Shown: positions 27,822-36,078, counted from the first letter of the stretch. The stretch is DNA of 64,000 bases from an uncultured Pseudomonadales bacterium (GCA_964651595.1 CAZYYJ010000015.1:12304-76303); one strand, 5' to 3'. The notes: generated by a model not told the origin, from the sequence alone. Translations and numbers: made by a program.

Positions 27822-29066
27822 ATGAGCAACGAAGCAGACAGCATTGATCCTTCCTACGAATTGACCCGTGGAAGCGAGGTGGACATTAAGTCTTGGACTA
27901 GGGGCGTCGCTTTTGAAGACGAAGCCCGTGAGCAACTTAAGAACATCTCAACGTTGCCTTTCATTCATAAGTGGATCGCAGTCATGCCCGATGTCCATTT
28001 GGGCAAAGGCGCGACTATCGGCAGCGTTGTACCAACCATTGGCGCGGTGATTCCCGCTGCAGTTGGAGTGGATATCGGGTGCGGCATGATGGCTGTACGC
28101 ACCAGTCTTGTCGCAAATGACTTGCCCGATAGTTTGAGCGGGGTGCGCACCGCTGTTGAAGCAGCGGTCCCGCACGGGCGCTCGGGACGTGCCCGAGGCT
28201 CGAGAGATAAAGGTGCTTGGGGAAATGTTCCCGAAGACGTAGCCGCTGCTTGGACTGACTTGTCTGAAAAGTTCAGCGTGCTGTGTGACAAGCACCCTGT
28301 ATTGAAGAACACGAACAACGTTATTCACTTGGGTACGTTGGGAACCGGGAATCACTTCATCGAGATTTGTCTAGATGAAAAGGACTCTGTTTGGTTCATG
28401 TTGCACAGTGGATCGAGAGGAGTAGGTAACCGTATCGGTACTTACTTCATCGAGCAGGCGAGAAAGGAAATGGAGCGACACCAAATCAACTTGCCTGATC
28501 GTGACTTGGCCTACTTGTCCGAAGGCAGCGAAGGCTTTGGTGACTATGTCGAAGCAGTCGAGTGGGCGCAGACTTTTGCGCGCATCAACCGAGAAGTCAT
28601 GATGGCTCGAGTCATCGGGGCTGTTCGCAGCGAACTCGACATCGCCTTTGAGGCTCGACTGGAAGCCGTAAATTGCCACCACAACTACGTGAATCGTGAA
28701 ACTCACTATGGTGAAGATGTGTTGGTGACCAGGAAAGGTGCCGTGTCTGCTCGCAAGGGTCAGATGGGCATCATTCCCGGAAGCATGGGTGCTCGTTCAT
28801 TTATTGTTCGAGGACTTGGAAACGAAGAGAGTTTCTGTAGCTGCAGCCATGGTGCTGGTCGTGTCATGTCGCGTACAAAGGCAAAGAAACTGGTGAGCTT
28901 GGACGAACATGTCAAAGCAACCGAAGGAGTCGAATGTCGGAAGGACGCTGGAGTGATCGATGAAACGCCTGCCGCATACAAAGACATTGATGCAGTGATG
29001 GCTGCTCAGTCCGACCTTGTCGAAGTGGTTTACACGCTTAAGCAGGTTGTCTGTGTAAAAGGTTAG
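27822..29066 (+). CDS. rtcB: RtcB RNA-splicing ligase (3'-phosphate/5'-OH ligase)
   Basis: Conserved RtcB motifs: MPDVHLGKG, GTGNHF, HNY, SHGAGR. AAGGA Shine-Dalgarno. Confidence 0.92.
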   Translation: MSNEADSIDPSYELTRGSEVDIKSWTRGVAFEDEAREQLKNISTLPFIHKWIAVMPDVHLGKGATIGSVVPTIGAVIPAAVGVDIGCGMMAVRTSLVANDLPDSLSGVRTAVEAAVPHGRSGRARGSRDKGAWGNVPEDVAAAWTDLSEKFSVLCDKHPVLKNTNNVIHLGTLGTGNHFIEICLDEKDSVWFMLHSGSRGVGNRIGTYFIEQARKEMERHQINLPDRDLAYLSEGSEGFGDYVEAVEWAQTFARINREVMMARVIGAVRSELDIAFEARLEAVNCHHNYVNRETHYGEDVLVTRKGAVSARKGQMGIIPGSMGARSFIVRGLGNEESFCSCSHGAGRVMSRTKAKKLVSLDEHVKATEGVECRKDAGVIDETPAAYKDIDAVMAAQSDLVEVVYTLKQVVCVKG

Positions 29067-29137
29067 CCCATTGTCTATTCACTTTAGTGGGAGGGGCTGG
29101 CCAACCCCAATCGAAACTAAACCTAACGGTGACGAAA

Positions 29138-30190
29138 ATGGCAGCAATGGAAATTGACGGCAGTATGGGTGAAGGCGGCGGGCAAGTGCTCAGAACCGCC
29201 CTTACGCTGTCTATGTGCCTGACGCAGCCTATCGCCGTCACTAACATCCGCTCAGGGCGTAAAAAGTCAGGGTTGCTACGCCAACATCTCGCCGCCTTAA
29301 AAGCGGCTGCTGAGATATCGGATGCAGAACTAGAAGGTGCCGAGCTGGGATCTACAGAGATTAGGTTTTTGCCTGGTGTCGTGAAGTCTGGCTCTTACGA
29401 ATTCAAAATTGGTTCAGCTGGTAGTACGACGCTTTTGGCTCAAACGATCATACCTGCACTGAGCATGTTGAAGGAGCAAAGCAGCGTGACCGTGCATGGT
29501 GGTACTCACAACGGCATGGCTCCAAGTGTTGAGTTCGTAGAACTGGCTCTGGTCCCTTTGCTGAAGCGCGCCGGATTAGGCATGGATTCTGACTTGTTGC
29601 GATATGGATTTTATCCAAACGGGGGTGGCACCTGGAAAGCGACAGTCGAACCATGGACCAATGCTCGGTTTGTTGAACTCATCGTACGAGGCAAACCGGT
29701 TTCGAGAGAAGCAGTTGCCACTATCAGCAACCTGCAATCTCACATTGGTGAGCGTGAGCTTGAAAGAGTTGCCAAAAAGCTGGCCTGGACGAACGAAGAA
29801 CTGGTCCTCAAAGAGGTATCAGCGCCGGGCCCCGGGAACTTGCTTTCGTTGAGGTGCGTTTACGAAAACGTCACCGAGGTCTTCGAATCAGTGGGTTCCA
29901 TTGGTTTAAGCGCGGAGAGAGTGGCAGGAAGAGCAATAAGAGATGCTAAGCAATATGTTCAAGGTCGGCATGTTGTTGGTGAGTACTTGGCTGATCAGTT
30001 GCTTCTACCTCTGGTTTTAGGCGCTGGCGGCGTGTTCACCACCGGAGCGCTTAGCAGCCACTGTCGCACCAACATGGCTCTGATAAATCAGATGTTGGGC
30101 GCGGACTATTTCGAGATCGTCGAAGAGATGACAGAGGTGGGGCCGCACTCGACGATAAGAATCCCGAAAGGTTTAGCGCTGGCCCGTTAG
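29138..30190 (+). CDS. rtcA: RtcA RNA 3'-terminal phosphate cyclase
   Basis: N-terminal GEGGGQVLRTALTLS and LRQHL motifs of the RtcA family. Start chosen at MAAMEIDGS, in-frame within the 29087 ORF. Confidence 0.88.
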   Translation: MAAMEIDGSMGEGGGQVLRTALTLSMCLTQPIAVTNIRSGRKKSGLLRQHLAALKAAAEISDAELEGAELGSTEIRFLPGVVKSGSYEFKIGSAGSTTLLAQTIIPALSMLKEQSSVTVHGGTHNGMAPSVEFVELALVPLLKRAGLGMDSDLLRYGFYPNGGGTWKATVEPWTNARFVELIVRGKPVSREAVATISNLQSHIGERELERVAKKLAWTNEELVLKEVSAPGPGNLLSLRCVYENVTEVFESVGSIGLSAERVAGRAIRDAKQYVQGRHVVGEYLADQLLLPLVLGAGGVFTTGALSSHCRTNMALINQMLGADYFEIVEEMTEVGPHSTIRIPKGLALAR

Positions 30191-30304
30191 ACCCAAAGGA
30201 AAACCAGATGGTTTGTTAGCGGAACTGGCTCGTGAGTCCAGCCCGGCGAATGATGCAGCTGAACCTTGGTATTCATTCGTACCAACGAAACAATCTGAAG
30301 CAAT

Positions 30305-30377
30305 AGCTTGTTAGCTCAGTTGGTAGAGCGATCCATTTAGATTGGATTTGTCCCAGGTTCAATTCCTGGACAAGCAC
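30305..30377 (+). ncRNA. tRNA-like element (pseudo-tRNA / possible Y-RNA-like tRNA mimic), anticodon-position UAG, no CCA
   Basis: Cloverleaf: acceptor AGCTTGT/ACAAGCA with an A-A mismatch at 1-72, D-arm GCTC-AGTTGGTA-GAGC, anticodon arm ATCCA-TTTAGAT-TGGAT, 5-nt variable loop, T-arm CCAGG-TTCAATT-CCTGG. Lies immediately downstream of rtcA. Confidence 0.5.
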
Positions 30378-30827
30378 ATTGGGAAAAGCCCTATAACGGC
30401 TTGGGGTTCGACTCCCCTCGAAGGTGATTCCTTCAAAAAGACGGTGGCGCTCGCACATATGAGCTATGGCTTGTGTGTGTTTGCAAGAGCTCGAAGAACC
30501 GTATGGTCCGAGTGCGAAAGCCTTACTCTGGCCTCGCACATTCTGGCTTCACGCAGATTCGAGTTCCGGCTGGGTCGAACTGGCGTCAGTTCCCCTCGTC
30601 TGTTTTAGGAAGAGAGCTGCATTCTATAGTGAAAGCGTGCCGCTGATATGTATTCAACCCGTTGACGTGCAGCTGCACAAACGCGCGTTGACAACTTGAT
30701 GCTGCTGCTAAGTCTAAATGGGGATATGTCTCTTCTTACACAGAGGGTAACCACGTTCCAGAACGACAGAGTGCCACTCTTACTGTGACCGCCCCCACCC
30801 ATGGGGGAAATTTGAGGAGACATACAC

Positions 30828-31970
30828 ATGGTCACGAAAACGATCCGTGTGGCAGAAAATCAGCGGGTACTCTGGTTCCGCGACGGCAACCTAATGGGTG
30901 TGTTGGCTCCTGGAAAGTACAAATTCTGGAAGCGAACACGACATTTGCGATTTGAGTCCTACGACGTCGCAGACGGCGAAGCCGTTTTGCCCAACGCTCA
31001 GTACTTGATTCGTGAGCACAGCGAAATGTTGGGGCAGCACTTGGAAATTCGAGAACTCGAACAGAACCAAGTTGCCTTGATCTCCGTGAACAAGCTAGTC
31101 AAACGTCTGGCCTTGCCCGGTGAAGTGATCGCTTTCTGGAAGAATTCGGTCGATTCCAGCATCGAGGTCGAGAACTTCGCTGAAAGCCTGACCGTTCCCG
31201 ATGAATGGGTTAAGGCTATCAATCAAAGTGGTGACGCTGTTGCGCTGGCAACGCTTAACAAAGCGATATTGCCCGTTACGGTAGATCAGGGTTTCGAAGC
31301 ACTGTTGGTGAACGATGGCGAGATCGCGAGAAGCCTCGCTCCTGGCCGTTATGCGTTTTGGAAACTGGGAAGAGACATAAAAGTCCTCTCAGTAGACAAG
31401 CGTGTGCAGGAAATTGAGATCAACGGTCAGGAGATTCTGACCCGAGATCGGGTTTCACTACGCACCAACGCATCGCTTCAATATCGCATCACGGACGCTG
31501 TTAAAGCGGTTGTTGATACGCCTGATGTGGTCGGATTGGCTTATCGAGCAGTTCAGTTTGCCCTGCGTCGAACGATTGGTTCGCTCACGTTGGACGAACT
31601 ATTGGGTGACAAAACCAAGCTTGGAGACGACGTTCAATCCCAGGTAAGCAGTGAGCTCGCAAATGTGGGTATAGCGGTCACCATGGTTGGCATCAAGGAC
31701 TTCATCTTGCCCGGCGAGATGAAAACGATTTTGAACCAAGTGGTTGAAGCCGAGAAAGTCGCCGAGGCGAATGCAATTCGCCGACGTGATGAAACCCAGG
31801 CAGTCCGAGCACTGGCTAACACGGCAAAGCAGCTGGAAAGCAATGCAATGATGGCCAGGCTTAAGGAGCTAGAAGCACTGCAAACCGTTTCTTCTAGCGT
31901 CGATACCTTGAACGTCTATAACGGACTGGATGGCGTGATGGGTCAACTTGTGAAACTCCAATCCGAATAG
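30828..31970 (+). CDS. SPFH/band-7 (stomatin/prohibitin/flotillin-like) domain protein with N-terminal triple repeat
   Basis: C-terminal SPFH-like region plus coiled-coil (EAEKVAEANAIRRRDETQAV...). Three N-terminal copies of a LAPG-Y-FWK motif. Confidence 0.7.
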   Translation: MVTKTIRVAENQRVLWFRDGNLMGVLAPGKYKFWKRTRHLRFESYDVADGEAVLPNAQYLIREHSEMLGQHLEIRELEQNQVALISVNKLVKRLALPGEVIAFWKNSVDSSIEVENFAESLTVPDEWVKAINQSGDAVALATLNKAILPVTVDQGFEALLVNDGEIARSLAPGRYAFWKLGRDIKVLSVDKRVQEIEINGQEILTRDRVSLRTNASLQYRITDAVKAVVDTPDVVGLAYRAVQFALRRTIGSLTLDELLGDKTKLGDDVQSQVSSELANVGIAVTMVGIKDFILPGEMKTILNQVVEAEKVAEANAIRRRDETQAVRALANTAKQLESNAMMARLKELEALQTVSSSVDTLNVYNGLDGVMGQLVKLQSE

Positions 31971-32029
31971 GAGCGGAGTAAGCTGGCGGTAGCGCTTCGG
32001 CGCTGCCGTAGTTCTATCTGGAATGATCG

Positions 32030-32476
32030 ATGGATAACCGCAAAAAAACCTATGTCTTTGATATGGACGGTACGCTGGCGTTGGTGGACCATCGGCGAGG
32101 ACTCCTGGAGGGAGAGAAGCCAGACTGGCATAGCTTCAATAAGGCATCCCTACTTGATCCCCCGAACGAGCCTGTAAGCAATGTTCTCAAATCCTTGTTT
32201 GCGGCAGGCTTTCAGATTTGGATCGTTAGCGGTAGGAGCGATATTGCAGAGTTAGAAACTCGAGGGTGGCTTACAAAATACGAGATTCCCTTCCACCAAC
32301 TGTTGATGCGATCTGCTTCAGACAACAGACCAGACGATATCCTGAAAAAGGAGTGGGCGCTGAAGTATCAGTTTCCGGAAACAGTTTTAGCGGTTTTCGA
32401 TGACCGTAACTCCGTTGTAAATATGTGGCGAGACCTAAACATTCCTTGTTTCCAGGTCGCCGAAGGAGACTTTTAG
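32030..32476 (+). CDS. stand-alone HAD-family polynucleotide 3'-phosphatase (T4 Pnkp phosphatase-domain-like)
   Basis: DxDGT motif (FDMDGTL). C-terminal AVFDDRNSVVNMWRDLNIPCFQVAEGDF closely matches the C-terminus of the phage T4 Pnkp phosphatase domain (...DDR..VVEMWRR.GV.CWQVASGDF). Confidence 0.75.
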   Translation: MDNRKKTYVFDMDGTLALVDHRRGLLEGEKPDWHSFNKASLLDPPNEPVSNVLKSLFAAGFQIWIVSGRSDIAELETRGWLTKYEIPFHQLLMRSASDNRPDDILKKEWALKYQFPETVLAVFDDRNSVVNMWRDLNIPCFQVAEGDF

Positions 32477-33273
32477 TGTCAATTCCACAGGGTGTTCGAG
32501 ATGAGATCATTCGAAGGCTGAACGCCTGTGAACTAGAACACGGCGTCCGAATCATCTATTGCGCGGAATCTGGATCCAGGGCTTGGGGATTTGCCTCCCC
32601 CGACTCAGACTATGACGTGCGCTTTATTTACGTGCGGCCTAGCGATTGGTACTTGTCATTTGACGTTGAACGCAGGAGAGACGTCATCGAGTATCCGATT
32701 GTCGACGAAATCGATATCAATGGCTGGGACTTACGAAAAGCTCTCTATCTGTTTACTCGTACCAACGGCGCCTTATTGGAGTGGTTGGGAAGCCCTATTG
32801 TGTATAGAGAAATCGGAGAAACCGCTGCGAACCTTCGAGAACTGGCACGCTCACATATCAGCGATATCGCACTCTGTTACCACTACAGTCACATGGCCCG
32901 TCGCAACGCTCAACAATTCCTTGAGAAAGATGAAGTGAAACTCAAGAAATACTTCTACGTGCTGCGACCATTACTCGCGATTCGGTGGATTCAGAACGGT
33001 AAGGGAGTACCCCCTGTTCCGTTTGAAGAACTACTACACGCAGAAGCGCCAGCAAGCCTAATCGGTGAGGTAGAGAAGCTTCTTGAAGTGAAGAAGAGAA
33101 CCCCGGAGCTAGGAGTCGGACCTAGGATTCAGGAGATTAATGACTTCGTGTTTGGTGAGTTTGAGCGCTATGGAGACCAGTTCTCGGGGCAAGGTAGACC
33201 AGAGCAGGAAAGCTCGGAGCGACGGGAAGAACTTAACGATGTATTTCGGAGTGCGGTGAATACACAGCCCTAA
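32476..33273 (+). CDS. Pol-beta-superfamily nucleotidyltransferase (COG3541-like)
   Basis: GS-x9-DSDYD nucleotidyltransferase motif (ESGSRAWGFASPDSDYDVRF). GTG start overlaps the phosphatase stop (TAGTG), indicating translational coupling. Confidence 0.6.
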   Translation: MSIPQGVRDEIIRRLNACELEHGVRIIYCAESGSRAWGFASPDSDYDVRFIYVRPSDWYLSFDVERRRDVIEYPIVDEIDINGWDLRKALYLFTRTNGALLEWLGSPIVYREIGETAANLRELARSHISDIALCYHYSHMARRNAQQFLEKDEVKLKKYFYVLRPLLAIRWIQNGKGVPPVPFEELLHAEAPASLIGEVEKLLEVKKRTPELGVGPRIQEINDFVFGEFERYGDQFSGQGRPEQESSERREELNDVFRSAVNTQP

Positions 33274-33354
33274 CGTACCTCCAGCAAGCTGTGAGCCGCT
33301 AGCAAGTCGCTCAGTACTATATATCTATCCAGTTTTGTGGCTTAGTATTAGGCC

Positions 33355-35853
33355 ATGATCAATCCCGAAGAAGGCAGCAGCAACACAGACAACAACCTCG
33401 TAGCCGCAGAGTTACTGGACCGGTATGCGCAGCTCGATTTGTCCGACGCAAACGAAGCAGAGACGCGACTCAAACTAATAGATCGGATTTTCTTTGAGCT
33501 TTTAGGATGGTCACATGACGATGTTACTGTGGAGGAGCGTGTAACAGAGGATTCTGGGCTTGCATACACAGACTACGTTTTCCGAACCGCTAACACAGCC
33601 TTCATAGTTGAGGCCAAGCGGGTCGGCCAAACCTTCAAGTCTGTAGGAGATATGCGTCGTTCCAAACTTACAGGCAACTTGGTGAAAGGCCAGTCCGGGG
33701 ACGCGATCAAACAAGTCCGAGATTACTGCAGACAAAAGTCTATTCAATTTGCAGTCGCGACAAATGGAGCTCAGTGGGTCGTGTTTCCAGCAGTTCGAAC
33801 TGATCAGGTTAGTTTTGCAAACTCTTCTGCAATCATCTTCGACTCTCTGGCCACTGTTTTAGGCCAGGAGTTCGACGACTTCTACGAGCTGCTATCGCGC
33901 GACGCAGTTATAAATGGACATCTAGAACTCGAGCTTCTCGGTAGAAGTGAAGACCAGATCGAAGAACGAAGACTGAACGCATTTTATGGTTCGACTGGAA
34001 GATCAAAACGAAACCCCATCTATCCCCTGATTCAAGACGCTATTACGGAGGCATTTACTGACTCAATAATCGACAAGGACGATCAATTACTAGAGAAGTG
34101 CTACGTACCATCTGCCGATAGGATCAGGTTCGACAAAAAAATCAAAATGCATCTGCAGCGAGCGGATAGCCTATTTAGCAGGCAAGCGGCGAGACCGCTC
34201 CGCCGAAGCTCCGATGCCAAAGTACTTTCCGAATCAGTGGAGGCAGCTCGCGGCCTTGGGCGTCCTCTTGCAGTACTCGTTCTTGGGCCAGTTGGGGCGG
34301 GTAAGACAACTTACCTAAACTACTCCAGACGAGTTTCGGCGAAGGCGTTCTTTTCAGAGAAGAAAGACCGACTTTACCCTCAATGGATTCAAATTGATTT
34401 CCGCAAGCTCAGTGGTTCGGAATCGCCAACTGACTTTGTGTACTCATGCCTGCTGGAATACATGCGTGACGAGCCGCTCTTAAAAGATTGGGGGCGCGCT
34501 GTTCGGCCAGCTTACGGGAAGGACATCGAATCGCTAAAGGCCGGTCCCTTACATCTTTTGGCGAAGAACGAAGAAAAATTCGAAGAGAAAATCTCTGAAC
34601 TGGTGCTGAAAGACTATGAGTCTGTAACTCCGTATGTGGACAAAGTCCTTGGATGGCTTGGGGGTCACGAACCTATTTTCTTAGTTGTCGACAATGTGGA
34701 TCAATTTGAGTCCTCTGATTTTCAATCAAAGATTTTCTCCGAATGTATTGCGATCGCCAGCCGAATTGGACTGAATCTGGTGATGTCGATGCGCGAATCA
34801 ACCTATATCGAACATCGTCACTCAGCGACATTTGACGCGTTCGATTTCGACCCAATTCAGATCGAACCCCCTCAGATTGGGCCGGTTCTTTCTAGGCGCT
34901 TTTTCGTTGCAAAAAACATCCTCAAAAATCGGCCCGGCGAGTTTCGTACACAGAGTGGACCGCTGTTTCGCGCTGCCGATTTGTCGGTTTTCATGGATGT
35001 CGTACAGAGTTCGGTTCTCGGCACCGAAGTTGGAACACGGATAGAAGTCCTTGCTGACGGCGATGTGAGGCTAGCGTTGCGCATGACCAGGGAGTTTCTA
35101 GAGTCCGGCTATTCAGATCCCGCAAAAGCAATTGCAGTAGTCGAACGCGGAGAGACTTACACAATGCCCAAACACGAGGCCCTCCGCTCGATCATCCTGG
35201 GGAACAAAACAACATACTCTGAGGAATTGTCTGTATTGGGGAACCCCTTTGACTCACGCCAAGGTATTACCAATCTCCAGTTGTTAAGAACGTTCATTTT
35301 AAATGCGTTAGTGAGCCTGAGCAGTGATGGAAGATTTAAGAAACTTGATGGCCCGACTATAAGGGATGAGTGCAACAAGATAGGCGTTTCTCAGGACATA
35401 ACGCTAAACACACTAAAGGACCTGTGTCGCCTGAACTTTGTCAGCACGTCGTCCCACGCAGAAGCTGATTTCACCTCGAGCTTCTTCCCGAGCCGATTGG
35501 GCGGCTTCATCATCCGCGACTTAATGGCAGATATGACTTTCGTGGAGAACGTGCTTCTAGATACATTTATCGACGAAAAAGAGACCTGGGAAATCCTGAG
35601 AAAGCTAAGCGACGAAATACAGGCGGAACGACAGCCAACAAAACGACTCAAAGTCAGGGTCAAACGTGTTAAAGCTTTCTACGAATACATGGAGGAGCTA
35701 TACACTCCACTAGCAGCCGAAGCCCAACGGAGAGCTCTACCAAAAGAGTGGTGTAGTAATCCGCTTAAAGAGAACAAGACTCGGCTCTGGAACAACTGTA
35801 ATCAGGCGATCAAGTCCTCCACCAGGCACTATCCCGCAAAGGCCAAAAGGTAA
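33355..35853 (+). CDS. PD-(D/E)xK nuclease (HsdR-N/Mrr-like) / P-loop NTPase fusion protein, 832 aa
   Basis: N-terminal EAETRLKLIDRIFFELLGW...YTDYVF...FIVEAKR, a restriction-endonuclease-like D...EAK motif. Central Walker A VLGPVGAGKTT and Walker B IFLVVDNVDQFE. Long alpha-helical C-terminus. Confidence 0.6.
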   Translation: MINPEEGSSNTDNNLVAAELLDRYAQLDLSDANEAETRLKLIDRIFFELLGWSHDDVTVEERVTEDSGLAYTDYVFRTANTAFIVEAKRVGQTFKSVGDMRRSKLTGNLVKGQSGDAIKQVRDYCRQKSIQFAVATNGAQWVVFPAVRTDQVSFANSSAIIFDSLATVLGQEFDDFYELLSRDAVINGHLELELLGRSEDQIEERRLNAFYGSTGRSKRNPIYPLIQDAITEAFTDSIIDKDDQLLEKCYVPSADRIRFDKKIKMHLQRADSLFSRQAARPLRRSSDAKVLSESVEAARGLGRPLAVLVLGPVGAGKTTYLNYSRRVSAKAFFSEKKDRLYPQWIQIDFRKLSGSESPTDFVYSCLLEYMRDEPLLKDWGRAVRPAYGKDIESLKAGPLHLLAKNEEKFEEKISELVLKDYESVTPYVDKVLGWLGGHEPIFLVVDNVDQFESSDFQSKIFSECIAIASRIGLNLVMSMRESTYIEHRHSATFDAFDFDPIQIEPPQIGPVLSRRFFVAKNILKNRPGEFRTQSGPLFRAADLSVFMDVVQSSVLGTEVGTRIEVLADGDVRLALRMTREFLESGYSDPAKAIAVVERGETYTMPKHEALRSIILGNKTTYSEELSVLGNPFDSRQGITNLQLLRTFILNALVSLSSDGRFKKLDGPTIRDECNKIGVSQDITLNTLKDLCRLNFVSTSSHAEADFTSSFFPSRLGGFIIRDLMADMTFVENVLLDTFIDEKETWEILRKLSDEIQAERQPTKRLKVRVKRVKAFYEYMEELYTPLAAEAQRRALPKEWCSNPLKENKTRLWNNCNQAIKSSTRHYPAKAKR

Positions 35854-35968
35854 CTCGATAAAATCTCGATAACTCAGTCCTGCTTAGTCCTGCTCTGTCG
35901 TGCAATTCGCTACAGTCGCACTCTAAATAAAGTTAATTAAATCAATAGGTTAGATAGTATATTTAACT

Positions 35969-36018
35969 TTCGGGACGTAGGGGCCGGAGGTTCAAATCCT
36001 CTCACTCCGACCAATTCC
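35969..36018 (+). repeat. attR-like direct repeat (copy of tRNA-Pro 3' end)
   Basis: Exact 50-bp match to 25626..25675. Flanking sequence diverges immediately on both sides. Confidence 0.85.
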
Positions 36019-36078
36019 TCCAGACTCCTGCGTTCATTCAGGGCTAACCGAAACGCCCCGAAGGGGAAACGTCGAGCG

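Larger units (their letters stand above)
25594..36018 (+). mobile_element. tRNA-Pro-associated genomic island (~10.4 kb, lower GC) carrying the rtcR-rtcBA RNA-repair module; no integrase detected
   Basis: 50-bp perfect direct repeat of the tRNA 3' end at 25626..25675 and 35969..36018. Visibly AT-richer composition between the repeats. Cargo genes are unrelated to the flanking core genes. Confidence 0.7.

Noticed and set aside
30305-30377. Calling the element an ordinary tRNA-Leu(UAG)
   Set aside because: Bacterial tRNA-Leu has a long variable arm. This element has a 5-nt variable loop, an A-A 1-72 mismatch and no CCA, so it is annotated as tRNA-like rather than as a decoding tRNA.
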